DNA of 64,000 nucleotides from a bacterium. Lineage in GTDB: Bacteria > Zhuqueibacterota > Zhuqueibacteria > Residuimicrobiales > Krinioviventaceae. Each line of letters starts with the position of its first letter. The stretch's first letter is position 1. Of the stretch, positions 40,184 through 50,349 are shown in pieces. The notes under the pieces were generated by a model. That model saw nothing but the letters and a program-made list of their open reading frames with translations, made no database searches and had not been told where the DNA came from. The stretch is from assembly GCA_963674595.2 (NCBI GenBank), contig CAXXFV010000015.1, forward strand, positions 32,001 through 96,000, given 5' to 3'. The position numbers and the translations under genes were made by a program.

Positions 40184-43100
40184 ATGGCGCGTGTATGGGT
40201 GTGCGTAATTTTTTTTATCGGGGGAGTTTGTAATGTTGTATATGGGCAAAGTTATTTTGTGCAAAAATATACTGAAAATGACGGATTGGCAAATACCACA
40301 GTTTCTGATATAGCTCAGGATAGCACAGGTAGAATGTGGTTTGCAACGAGAAGTGGTATTTCCGTGTATAACGGTTATACCTGGAAGCATCCTGCAATAG
40401 AAAAAGATCTTCCCAAAGTTGCCTTTTCCAAGCTTTACATTGATGAAAAAGGTATAGTTTGGGCTTTGTCATCATTGGGAATGACAATTTACTATTTTAA
40501 AGATAATCATTGGTATATTCTGCCTAAAACAAATACCAATGTTAGTGGTTACGAAGTGTCTTCTTTTATTGTTGATTATATGTCAGATTCTCCAATAGTA
40601 TATGTTGCAGCAAAAGAGGATGGAATATTTCAATTTTATGAAAATAGCTGGATTCATATTACCACTGATGATGGACTTTTAAGTAATGATGTAAAAAATC
40701 TGTGCAAGTTTCAGGGTGATATCCTGGTCACTTTATCGAATGGAATATGTATTATTAAAAACCACAAAGATGTAAGGGATATTACAGGCAGTTTACCTTT
40801 ACCGGATTTGCCTTTAATGGGTTTCGGCACAAGTTATAATAACAACAATGAAGATGAACCTATTTTTTATGTTGCCGGTGAAAATTGGTTGGGTATGATC
40901 AAAGATAGTACTTTTTCTTTTTTAACAAGAGATTTGGCGTTTGTAAATAAGAGTGTTAGTTATTACTGGATCGTGAAACCGGACGAATTTGGCGGTGTTA
41001 TATTGGCTAATCAGACTCAGATAAATTATATAAATAAGCAACAGCATATTATGAAACGTCTCAATGCAAAGAATGGTTTGCTTTCTACTGGGGCAACATC
41101 GGTTTTTGTGGATCGAGAAAAAAATATTTGGATTTCCAGTCCTCGTGGCGTTAGCAAAATTGTCAGTATGCGGTTTTCTAATTACACAAAGGTTATTGGA
41201 GCCTTGGCAGATGAGGTTAGTGCTATTGCGCAAATTTCTCCGAATAAATATATATGGGGGCATAATGAAGGTTTGTCATTGTTTGATGGGACTTTTTTTC
41301 AGTTGGTTCCTTTTAAGAAAAAACTGATGGATAAATACCCTGATATTCGGGTGATGGATATTAAAGTGGATAAGAATAAAACAGTTTGGTTTGCAGGATC
41401 GAGAATTGGTGTTGGATATTTAGACAAAAAAAATGAAATAAAATTGTTGAATACCACTACTGGTTCGGTATTTTCACTTAATTTTAATGAAAACAATAAT
41501 TTATATATTGCTGCAACCGAAGGATTATATATCTATAAAGATAAAAGTTTTCACTTTTTGGGCCCAAAAGGAATTAAAAACAATATTTTACGTAAAATCA
41601 CGGTTGATAAAAATGGTGTTTTGTATATTGCATCTGATCTTTATGGCGTTTGTAAATATGCTGATAAAAAATGGACTTTTTTCAAAAGTGACAATAATTC
41701 ATTAATGGATAATGTATATACGGTATATATTGATAGTAAAAACAGAATATTTGCCGGAACATTGGGAGGTCTTTGTTATGTGAATAATAATCGTTTGGAA
41801 AAATTTCAGGAAAAATCGTTTAAAATAAATCGGCCCGTTTATTTGATTTTTGAGGATGACAAAAATCGATTATGGTGTGGGACAGATAACGGTATTGTTC
41901 GCTGGGACGGTAATGAAGTGAAAGCGTTTACACAAGAAAATGGTTTTGTCGGGAGAGAGACCAATAGAAGTGCCGGGTTGGTTGATTCGGATGGAAAAGT
42001 TTGGATAGGCAGTGATTTGGGAGTTTCCTGTTACAACGAGCATTTTGATCTTGATGCTTCAGATATTGTCGCTCCTTTAACAGAAATACTTTCAATTAAT
42101 GTAGATGATGATACACTTGATCCGAATATTGTCAATAAGCTGAATTATAATCAGAACAATTTAATGTTTAGTTTTAGTTGCCTCTCTTTTATTGATGAAA
42201 AGGCTGTCCGGTTTAAAATCAAGCTGGAGGGATTTGATCCTGACTGGTATGATCTTCATACTTATTTTGAACATCATGTTCGTTACACAAATTTACCGCC
42301 GGGCCAATATCAGTTTAAGGTAAAAGCATGTAATGCTTTGGGACGCTGGAGCGATGTGAAAAAATCTGAAATTATTATTATTCAAATGCCCTTTTGGCAG
42401 CAATGGTGGTTTTATTTAATAAATTTTTGTCTGCTTTTTGGAGCTTTTTATTTGGTTTATGACCTTTTAACTAAAAATAAATATGCAACATATCTTGAGC
42501 TCGAGATTAAAAAAAGGACGCATCAGCTTCAGGTTTCGGAAAAAAAATACCGACAATTGTTTGAGGAAAATCAGGCTATTATGCTTTTTGTTGATCCCAA
42601 AAACGAACGCATTATAGATGCGAATCCTGCTGCTTGTCAATATTACGGCTATTCAATTTTTACAATACGGTTATTAAGGTTTAGTGATTTTTTAGTTGAG
42701 CCAAAAGACTTTAATACATTGAAAAATTTTAATTCACCATCATACTTTGTTATAAAACAGCAAAAGGCAACAAAAGATATTCGGGATGTTGAGGTTTATA
42801 GTTGTCCTATAATTGATGATGAAAAAACAATACTATTTTTAATAATTTATGATACAACCGAACGAACAAGCGCAGAAAATATGCTGCGATCATCTGAAGC
42901 CAGATATCGATCCGTTATTGAATATTCTCATGAAGGACACATGATTTTCAACGAACAGTTGTGTTTTGTTTTTTTAAATACTAAAGCATGTCAGATTTTG
43001 GGTTATCATCTTGAAGAGTTAATGGGGAGAGATTTTCGCAGTTATTTAAATCCAAAAAGTCAAAAAATAATTTCTAATTATTTTTCAAAAGATGATAAAG

Positions 43101-43888
43101 ATTTGTTTTTTAATAAAGTCCATGAAATTGAAATAACAAGGAAAAATGGTGAAAAACGAATTCTGGAGTTACGTTCTTCATATTATGATGATTTGAAAGG
43201 TAAAATGCAGATTGCTGCTCAGATACTCGATATTACAGAACGCAAGGAAGCGGAAGACAAAATTCGATCTTCTTTAAAGGAAAAAGAAGTTTTATTAAAA
43301 GAAATTCATCATCGTGTTAAAAATAATTTACAAATTGTCTCCAGTTTGTTATACCTTCAGTCTAAAGGCGTTAAGAATGATGAAGCTTTAAACTTGCTGA
43401 GAGACAGTCAGAACCGGATAAAGTCAATGGCTATGATTCATGAACGTCTTTATCAAACAAACAATTTATCATCAATACAGGTAGAAAAATATATTCATAG
43501 CTTGATGGATAACCTTTTTCATACATTTAATGCAGAAAGTAAAAATATTCGTTTAAAGATGGATGTGCAAAATACATTTTTATCTATTGAAAGGGCAATC
43601 CCTTGTGGTTTGATAATAAATGAATTGGTCTCTAATTCTTTAAAATATGCCTTTCCTGATAAAAATAATGGTTTAATTACCATAACATTGCATGTTGTTG
43701 GAACTGATAATAGTTATATTAAACTCCAGGTATCAGATAATGGTATTGGAATGCCTGAAAGTATCGACCATGAAAAAATATCTTCAATTGGACTTCAACT
43801 TGTTCATAATTTGATTATGCAGCTGGATGGTAAAATAGAACGCTTGCCTGATGATGGAACTTGTTTTGAAATAATTTTTAAGGCCTGA
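40184..43888 (+). CDS. Membrane sensor histidine kinase: beta-propeller repeats, Y_Y_Y, TM, 2xPAS, HisKA_2, HATPase
   Basis: DGL...V..IAQDSTGRMWFAT blades, YTNLPPGQYQFKVKA, PFWQQWWF TM, two PAS domains (DANPAAC, DITERK) and [11 protein letters not shown]. Confidence 0.93.
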   Translation: MARVWVCVIFFIGGVCNVVYGQSYFVQKYTENDGLANTTVSDIAQDSTGRMWFATRSGISVYNGYTWKHPAIEKDLPKVAFSKLYIDEKGIVWALSSLGMTIYYFKDNHWYILPKTNTNVSGYEVSSFIVDYMSDSPIVYVAAKEDGIFQFYENSWIHITTDDGLLSNDVKNLCKFQGDILVTLSNGICIIKNHKDVRDITGSLPLPDLPLMGFGTSYNNNNEDEPIFYVAGENWLGMIKDSTFSFLTRDLAFVNKSVSYYWIVKPDEFGGVILANQTQINYINKQQHIMKRLNAKNGLLSTGATSVFVDREKNIWISSPRGVSKIVSMRFSNYTKVIGALADEVSAIAQISPNKYIWGHNEGLSLFDGTFFQLVPFKKKLMDKYPDIRVMDIKVDKNKTVWFAGSRIGVGYLDKKNEIKLLNTTTGSVFSLNFNENNNLYIAATEGLYIYKDKSFHFLGPKGIKNNILRKITVDKNGVLYIASDLYGVCKYADKKWTFFKSDNNSLMDNVYTVYIDSKNRIFAGTLGGLCYVNNNRLEKFQEKSFKINRPVYLIFEDDKNRLWCGTDNGIVRWDGNEVKAFTQENGFVGRETNRSAGLVDSDGKVWIGSDLGVSCYNEHFDLDASDIVAPLTEILSINVDDDTLDPNIVNKLNYNQNNLMFSFSCLSFIDEKAVRFKIKLEGFDPDWYDLHTYFEHHVRYTNLPPGQYQFKVKACNALGRWSDVKKSEIIIIQMPFWQQWWFYLINFCLLFGAFYLVYDLLTKNKYATYLELEIKKRTHQLQVSEKKYRQLFEENQAIMLFVDPKNERIIDANPAACQYYGYSIFTIRLLRFSDFLVEPKDFNTLKNFNSPSYFVIKQQKATKDIRDVEVYSCPIIDDEKTILFLIIYDTTERTSAENMLRSSEARYRSVIEYSHEGHMIFNEQLCFVFLNTKACQILGYHLEELMGRDFRSYLNPKSQKIISNYFSKDDKDLFFNKVHEIEITRKNGEKRILELRSSYYDDLKGKMQIAAQILDITERKEAEDKIRSSLKEKEVLLKEIHHRVKNNLQIVSSLLYLQSKGVKNDEALNLLRDSQNRIKSMAMIHERLYQTNNLSSIQVEKYIHSLMDNLFHTFNAESKNIRLKMDVQNTFLSIERAIPCGLIINELVSNSLKYAFPDKNNGLITITLHVVGTDNSYIKLQVSDNGIGMPESIDHEKISSIGLQLVHNLIMQLDGKIERLPDDGTCFEIIFKA

Positions 43889-43933
43889 AAAATTTAATAC
43901 GGTTGATATAGCATAATGTGCTGAGGAAATAGA

Positions 43934-46810
43934 ATGGATTATATCACTGGCGAAGATCGCTTGTCAGATAAACAAAAATATTTTAATAAATTTATTGAAA
44001 ATTGGACAAAGACAGATAAAGTTAATTTGTTAAAATCAATTTGGCCGGGATGTGCTATTACAACATTAATTTTTGGGCTTGCGGCATTTATTATAGCAAC
44101 TTTTAGCTTTCCGATTTGGCAATTATACACTGTTGCATGTTTGTTTGTGGGAGAATCCGTTCTTTTTATTATTTCATACCCTTTTATATCACCATCCAGA
44201 GTTACTTTTTGGAGTTGGTTGATTATCGTATTGATGTTTTTACCGACTTTACTCGTTTCAATTTTATTGGAAGAGTTAATTGTCATAGCGATGATAATGG
44301 GGCTTTTTGTTTCTCTTTTAACAAGTATCCTCTTTACTGTTAAAAAAGGTTTTCGTGTTGCTTTTTATTTATTATGTCTGGGATTGTTGGTTTTTTTACT
44401 TCAGGAAGCCAACATATATAATTTTTATTACTGCTTACCTGCATTATATATTCAATTGACGGATATTATAGTTTTTATATTAACAATTTTTGGAGGTATT
44501 TATCTTCTTTCTTTTTATCAAAAAGCAATTAATCGATCCTTACATTCTTTACTAGTAAAAACAGATGAAATTTATAAACTAAAGTTAAATTTGGATGAGG
44601 AAATTGAAGAACGTAAAAAAATTGAAATAGAAAAAAAGGCAATTCATCATTTTTCTGAAGATAATCCTCATCCGGTATTTTCTATTTCATATTTTGGCGA
44701 AATATTATATGCAAACAGTGCTGCCGAAAGGATGTTAAAGTTATTAAAAAGATCTGTGGGGCAAATTATTCCGCTGGAATGGATTGAGGTATTAAAAAAA
44801 GTAAAAGCAACAGCAAGCCCTCAAAAAAGTAAAATTACTTTTAATGGAAAACACTATGTAATTTACTGGACACCCATCCATAATATTGAAAAAGTATATC
44901 TTTACGTTTTTGATATTTCTGACAGAATAAAAATTAAAAAAGAACTTTTAAATACACTTAATGAAACAAAGCTGAGGTCGAGAGAGCTCGATTTCATCAA
45001 AAGTGCTTCTGATGATTTGATTGCATGGCAATGGCAAAATGTAGATCAATTATACCATCAAATACTGGTACGTGCAAATGATTTTGTTGAAGGTATTGGT
45101 GGTGTTTTATATATATATGACCCGGAACATGATTATTTGACTTTTAATGTTGCTGTCGGTTCAGGATATGAAAACTCGAAGGTTATTTTACGTCGGGGAA
45201 TTGAAGCTCCCGGGCGTGCCTGGGAATGTGGAGATGCAATTATTTCAACGAAAGAAGATGACGAGAAAAAGTATCAACTTACAATACCAATAAAGTGGCG
45301 GGAAGAACTGTTAGGCGTTTTTTCTTTAAATAGAGAAAAGGTGTTTGTTGAAAGAGATAGAGAGCTAATGGTTAAATTTGTTTCGCATGCTGCGCAGGCA
45401 ATTCAAAATGCCCGTCTTGTACAAATCACTCAGGATGAAATTAATTATCGTAAAACAACTGAATTAGCCATGTTGGAAAGTGAAAGACGGTTTAAAAGTT
45501 TATTTGATAATGCTCCGGTTGGTATTTATCGCGTTAATTCAGATGGTTTTTTTCAGCAGGCAAATACAAAGTTTGCAGAAATTTTGGAACTGAATGCGCC
45601 ATTGGATTTAATAGAGAAAAATATTTCTATTAAAGATTTAATGACTCCTGCCGATTTTGAGGCCAGAAATAAACAACTGAAAACCTATGGCGAAGTAAAA
45701 AAGATGCAATCCGTGTGGGTAACCAATAAGAATAAAAAAATATGGGTTGAAGAAAATATTGTTACTATAAAAAAGGCTGATGACACTATTATAAGTTATG
45801 AAGGTACTGTTGAAAATATTGATGAAAGAAAAAAAGCCGAAGAAAAATTGAATTTGGCTGATCAAATTTTATCGCATATTGGTAATATTGTTTTGGTAGT
45901 AGATAAAAAAGCACATGTTATTTATGGAACCCTGGCTATTGAAAAAACATTGGGTTTCCCGTTATTGGAAATTTTTAAAGACGGTTGGTATAATTTTATT
46001 TACGATAATCAAAATGATATTGTAAACGAAAAACTATATTTAAAAAATGCAGCACTTGGAAAAACCGCTTTAAAGGAAAAACCCTACGAACAGTATATTG
46101 TCGACCAGTCCGGCAAAGGTCATTGGATTTTATGGCAAGACACTTTTGGCCCCCGTGGTTTTATTGTTAGAATTGGTTCGGAAATAACAGATCGGAAAAT
46201 TGCTGAACAACAAATTTTTGATTCGCTAAAAGAAAAAGAAGAGTTGTTAAAAGAGATACACCATCGTGTTAAAAACAATATGCAAATTATTTCAAGCCTT
46301 TTATACTTGCAGTCAAAAGATATAAAAGACGAAAAGATAAACGAAATGTTGTTAAACAGCCAAAATCGAATTAAAACAATGGCTTTAATTCATGAAAAGC
46401 TATATCAATCAAAAGATCTTACAAATATTGATTTTGCAGATTACATAAAATCTCTTTTAATATCTTTTATAAAATATCCAAATATAAAGATAACTTCACA
46501 GGTTGATTCAATAAGGCTGCCCATAACCAAAGCAATTCCATGTGGTTTGATTGTGAATGAGCTTGTTACCAATGCTATTAAATACGCTTTCCCTGATGAT
46601 AAGAAGGGAAATATTATAATCTCTTTAATTGAAGGTGAAGAACATTTTACTTTAACCGTCCGGGATGATGGTATAGGAATGTCAAAAATTGACTTTTCTA
46701 ACATTAAAACTTTGGGCCTGACTCTTGTGGATAGTTTGACAAAGCAATTAAATGGTCATATTGAAACGAATAGTGAGAATGGAACCAGTTTTCAAATTAA
46801 TTTTAATTGA
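43934..46810 (+). CDS. Multi-TM sensor histidine kinase with PAS and GAF domains and HisKA_2
   Basis: About 6 N-terminal TM helices, PAS (NPHPV..YANSAA), GAF (QAIQNARL), further PAS domains and [11 protein letters not shown]. Confidence 0.92.
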   Translation: MDYITGEDRLSDKQKYFNKFIENWTKTDKVNLLKSIWPGCAITTLIFGLAAFIIATFSFPIWQLYTVACLFVGESVLFIISYPFISPSRVTFWSWLIIVLMFLPTLLVSILLEELIVIAMIMGLFVSLLTSILFTVKKGFRVAFYLLCLGLLVFLLQEANIYNFYYCLPALYIQLTDIIVFILTIFGGIYLLSFYQKAINRSLHSLLVKTDEIYKLKLNLDEEIEERKKIEIEKKAIHHFSEDNPHPVFSISYFGEILYANSAAERMLKLLKRSVGQIIPLEWIEVLKKVKATASPQKSKITFNGKHYVIYWTPIHNIEKVYLYVFDISDRIKIKKELLNTLNETKLRSRELDFIKSASDDLIAWQWQNVDQLYHQILVRANDFVEGIGGVLYIYDPEHDYLTFNVAVGSGYENSKVILRRGIEAPGRAWECGDAIISTKEDDEKKYQLTIPIKWREELLGVFSLNREKVFVERDRELMVKFVSHAAQAIQNARLVQITQDEINYRKTTELAMLESERRFKSLFDNAPVGIYRVNSDGFFQQANTKFAEILELNAPLDLIEKNISIKDLMTPADFEARNKQLKTYGEVKKMQSVWVTNKNKKIWVEENIVTIKKADDTIISYEGTVENIDERKKAEEKLNLADQILSHIGNIVLVVDKKAHVIYGTLAIEKTLGFPLLEIFKDGWYNFIYDNQNDIVNEKLYLKNAALGKTALKEKPYEQYIVDQSGKGHWILWQDTFGPRGFIVRIGSEITDRKIAEQQIFDSLKEKEELLKEIHHRVKNNMQIISSLLYLQSKDIKDEKINEMLLNSQNRIKTMALIHEKLYQSKDLTNIDFADYIKSLLISFIKYPNIKITSQVDSIRLPITKAIPCGLIVNELVTNAIKYAFPDDKKGNIIISLIEGEEHFTLTVRDDGIGMSKIDFSNIKTLGLTLVDSLTKQLNGHIETNSENGTSFQINFN

Positions 46811-46871
46811 TAATAGCAGATGATTTGTTATATTGTGCCGATATCGTTAACTATAGAGGTTTTGTTAAATT

Positions 46872-48341
46872 ATGCAGGAAAAGATCAACGTACTCGTTGT
46901 TGAAGATGAAATGATCGTTTCATTGGAATTGCAGGATCGATTAAAATCTTTAGGATATAATGTTTGCGGAGATGCTTCTTCAGGTGAAGATGCTCTTTTA
47001 CGTATAGAAAAGTTTCGTCCGGATGTGGTATTGATGGATATTATGCTAAAGGGACCCATTGATGGTGTAATGGCGGCGGAAAAAATTAAATTAAAATATA
47101 CCATTCCGGTTATTTTTCTGACGGCCTATTCAGACAATGCAACACTTGAACGTGCAAAAATTACGGAACCTTATGGTTATCTGTTGAAACCATTTGATGA
47201 GCGAATGTTAAGCACAACTATTGAAATGGCTTTGCTGCGTCACAAGCTCGAAATTAAATTGAAATCCAGTGAGAGTTGGCTGACAACTATATTAAAAAGT
47301 ATTGGTGATGCTGTTATTGCCACTGATGCAAATGGTGTCATAAAATTTATGAATCCTATTGCTGAAAAATTAACAGGATGGTCTGAAGAAGAGGCCCTTA
47401 ATCACACTTTAAATCAGGTATATCGTTTGGTTATTCCCGGGCAAAATGGTGATAAGGTTAAAGATTCTAACCTTCAAAAAGATGGGAATATTCAATATCG
47501 AATTTTGCTTTCAAAGAATAACAGGCAAATTTTTATTGAAGAGACATATTCCTTTATAAAAACGGACCAAAAGAAGGTGATTGGTTCTGTTTTAGCATTT
47601 CGTGATGTTTCCGAACGAATACAGGCTCAGGAACGTAAAAATATACTTGTAAATGAGCTTGAGAATATCAATAAAGAACTTCAGGACTTTGCTTATATCG
47701 TTTCACACGATTTAAAAGCGCCATTGCGCGCTGTGGGTTCCCTTGCTGAATGGATTTTAACCGACTATGTTGGGAATTTTGATGACAAAGGCAAGGAGAT
47801 GATGAATTTGTTGATGGGGCGTGTAAACAGAATGCATGAATTGATTGAAGGTGTATTACAGTATTCTCGTCTTGGGCGTTTTCGTGAAGACAAGATGCCG
47901 GTAGATTTGAATAGTATATTGAAAAAAGTAATTGAAAATAGTGATGTAACGAAAAATATTGTAATAAAAGTTGAAAATGAATTACCTGAAATAGAAATTG
48001 AGCCTGTGCGAATTGAACAGGTATTTCAAAATTTAATTGGAAATGCAATTAAATATAATGACAAACAAGAAGGTTTGGTAAAAATCGGTTGTTTGGAATT
48101 AGAAAATAGCTGGAAATTTTGGGTAGCAGATAACGGCCCCGGAATTGATAAAAAGTATTTTGATAAAATATTTCAAATATTTCAAACATTAAATGCCCGC
48201 GATGATGTTGAAAGTACGGGCATAGGGCTGACACTTGTTAAAAAGATTGTGGAAATGTATCAGGGAAAAGTTTGGCTGGAATCTGAAATTGGAAAAGGGT
48301 GTACCTTTTATTTTACTTTACCAAAGCTGATTGGCGAATAG
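46872..48341 (+). CDS. Hybrid kinase REC-PAS-HisKA-HATPase with phytochrome-type transmitter
   Basis: VVEDE..DVVLMD..FLTA..KPF receiver; PAS; FAYIVSHDLKAPLR; QNLIGNAIKY; STGIGL. Confidence 0.93.
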   Translation: MQEKINVLVVEDEMIVSLELQDRLKSLGYNVCGDASSGEDALLRIEKFRPDVVLMDIMLKGPIDGVMAAEKIKLKYTIPVIFLTAYSDNATLERAKITEPYGYLLKPFDERMLSTTIEMALLRHKLEIKLKSSESWLTTILKSIGDAVIATDANGVIKFMNPIAEKLTGWSEEEALNHTLNQVYRLVIPGQNGDKVKDSNLQKDGNIQYRILLSKNNRQIFIEETYSFIKTDQKKVIGSVLAFRDVSERIQAQERKNILVNELENINKELQDFAYIVSHDLKAPLRAVGSLAEWILTDYVGNFDDKGKEMMNLLMGRVNRMHELIEGVLQYSRLGRFREDKMPVDLNSILKKVIENSDVTKNIVIKVENELPEIEIEPVRIEQVFQNLIGNAIKYNDKQEGLVKIGCLELENSWKFWVADNGPGIDKKYFDKIFQIFQTLNARDDVESTGIGLTLVKKIVEMYQGKVWLESEIGKGCTFYFTLPKLIGE

Positions 48342-48357
48342 TAAGCCGGAGTGAAAA

Positions 48358-48768
48358 ATGAAAACTCTACGATCAATACTTTTAATTGAAGATGATCAGG
48401 TAGATGCTTTAACTGTTAAGCGGGCATTTAAAGAATTAAATATAGAGAACAACTTGGTGGTTGTTTCAAATGGTGAACAAGCATTTGACTATTTAAAAAG
48501 TAATAAAAACAATCCGGGATATATTTTACTGGATCTAAATATGCCGCGACAAAATGGAATAGAGTTTTTAAAACTTATAAAAAAGGACATTCGGTTAAAA
48601 AAAATACCAATTATTGTTTTAACAACTTCCACAGAGGAAAGTGACTTGATGGAATGCTATAATCTGAGTGTAGCAGGATATATGATTAAACCGGTAAATT
48701 ACAAAAAATTTGTTGAAATAATTAATGCAATAAATACTTATTGGAATTTGAGTGAATTGCCTGCATAA
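48358..48768 (+). CDS. Single-domain response regulator, Rcp1-like
   Basis: LIEDD, LLDLNMP, LTTS, KPV and the YW C-terminal motif of Rcp-type receivers. Confidence 0.92.
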   Translation: MKTLRSILLIEDDQVDALTVKRAFKELNIENNLVVVSNGEQAFDYLKSNKNNPGYILLDLNMPRQNGIEFLKLIKKDIRLKKIPIIVLTTSTEESDLMECYNLSVAGYMIKPVNYKKFVEIINAINTYWNLSELPA

Positions 48769-48791
48769 ATTTAAAAACGATTAGGTTGACT

Positions 48792-49757
48792 ATGAAAAAG
48801 GCTAAATGTAAATTATTACTTGTTGAAGATGACTTTATAGATCAATTGGCGTTCAAACGCATTGTTGATCAACAAATGATTGATTATGAATATGTGATTG
48901 CTGATTCAGTAAGCTCTGCAAAAAATATATTCCAAAATCATAAATTTGATATTGTCATTACAGATTATCAGCTCGGAGATGGAACAGCTTTTGATATTTT
49001 CAAGTTTGTAGAGAAAACACCTGTCATTTTTACAACAGGTGCCGGTAATGAAGAGATTGCCATAAAAGCAATGAAGGCAGGAGCCTATGATTATTTGATA
49101 AAGGATAAAGAGCGGAATTATTTGAAAATTTTACCATTAACAGTGGAAAACACCATAAAATATCATAGTGCCGAAATACAATCTCAAATGCTGTCTCAGG
49201 CAATTACAAGTACACGTGACAGTGTCTTTATTACAAATCTTGAGAATGACATTATTTTTGTGAATCGTGCCTTTTGTGAAACCTATCAATATACTGAAGA
49301 AGAAATAATTGGTAAAAGTGCCTCTCAGATTTCAAATGATGAGAATTTTGAATCAGTGTTTCATGATAAAAATTTGCAGAATCAGAAAGAAACTTATCAT
49401 GTTAGAAAAAGTGGTACCAAATTTCCGGTTTCTGTTACAGAATCTCTAATTAAAGATGAGAATGGAAAAAATATATCTGTTGTAAGGGCTGTTCGTGATA
49501 TTACGGAGAGGAAAAAAGCGGAAAATGAGCGCGAAAAATTAATAACAAAATTAAAAAAGGCATTAGAAGAAGTCAATACTTTGAGCGGCCTTTTGCCGAT
49601 GTGTGCTTCCTGTAAAAAAATTAGAGATGATGACGGTTATTGGAAGCAAGTGGAAGCATATATTCAGGATCATGTTGATGTGGAAATTAGCCACGGAATT
49701 TGTCCTGATTGTATGAAAAAACTTTACCCATCTGTTATTGAAAAGCTTAAAAAATAA
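48792..49757 (+). CDS. Response regulator REC-PAS with C-terminal Cys4 domain
   Basis: Receiver (VEDD, ITDY, K), PAS (VNRAFC...RDITERK) and the tail LLPMCASCKKIRD..GYW...SHGICPDC. Confidence 0.88.
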   Translation: MKKAKCKLLLVEDDFIDQLAFKRIVDQQMIDYEYVIADSVSSAKNIFQNHKFDIVITDYQLGDGTAFDIFKFVEKTPVIFTTGAGNEEIAIKAMKAGAYDYLIKDKERNYLKILPLTVENTIKYHSAEIQSQMLSQAITSTRDSVFITNLENDIIFVNRAFCETYQYTEEEIIGKSASQISNDENFESVFHDKNLQNQKETYHVRKSGTKFPVSVTESLIKDENGKNISVVRAVRDITERKKAENEREKLITKLKKALEEVNTLSGLLPMCASCKKIRDDDGYWKQVEAYIQDHVDVEISHGICPDCMKKLYPSVIEKLKK

Positions 49758-49810
49758 TGCTGGTACATTTGGTTTTTTTGCTTAAATTTTAAATATTTTA
49801 GAGTTATTTC

Positions 49811-49840
49811 TTGATTTTTAATTGTGTAAATCTTTATATT
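49811..49840 (+). promoter_or_regulatory. Putative internal sigma70 promoter
   Basis: TTGATT-N18-TATATT in the 140-nt AT-rich gap before the pseudo-receiver gene. Confidence 0.4.
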
Positions 49841-49897
49841 AAATAAATGTTTTTTCTTAAAATATTCTTATACAACTTTGACTATTAATAATATAGC

Positions 49898-50305
49898 TTG
49901 ATGATAAAACAAAAAATAAAAATACTTGTTGCAGAATATGAAGCCATTGTTGGTATGGAAATTGAATATCGGTTACGGCAATTGGGTTTAGACGTTGCCG
50001 CTATAGTGCCCACCGGTGAAAAAGCTATTCAATTTGTAGAAAAAAATGCACCTGATCTGGCGTTATTAAGTGTTATTTTGCGTGGTAATCTGGACGGAGT
50101 GGATACCGCACTACAATTGAAAAATTTTAAAGACATGCCAATTATCTTTTTAACTTCTGTAACGGATAAAAAAAGCCTCAAGCGAATGCGAGATTTAGAA
50201 CCGTTTGATATAATAAAAATTCCTTTTGAAGGATTTGAACTTGATCAAGCTGTAGAAAATGCTGTCAAATTTTTGGAAGAAAAAAATAGCTTACCATTAT
50301 CGTAA
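49898..50305 (+). CDS. Atypical (pseudo-)receiver protein
   Basis: Receiver fold, paralogous to the 46872 and 50350 receivers, but with AEYE and DLALLSVILRG (phosphoacceptor Asp replaced by Ser). Confidence 0.82.
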   Translation: MMIKQKIKILVAEYEAIVGMEIEYRLRQLGLDVAAIVPTGEKAIQFVEKNAPDLALLSVILRGNLDGVDTALQLKNFKDMPIIFLTSVTDKKSLKRMRDLEPFDIIKIPFEGFELDQAVENAVKFLEEKNSLPLS

Positions 50306-50349
50306 AGTAATTCAAATTTTTTAAAATATTCTTAAGGTATAACTACTAG

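Noticed and set aside
46872-48341. Bacteriophytochrome call
   Set aside because: Only the transmitter is phytochrome-like; there is no GAF-PHY module or chromophore-binding motif.
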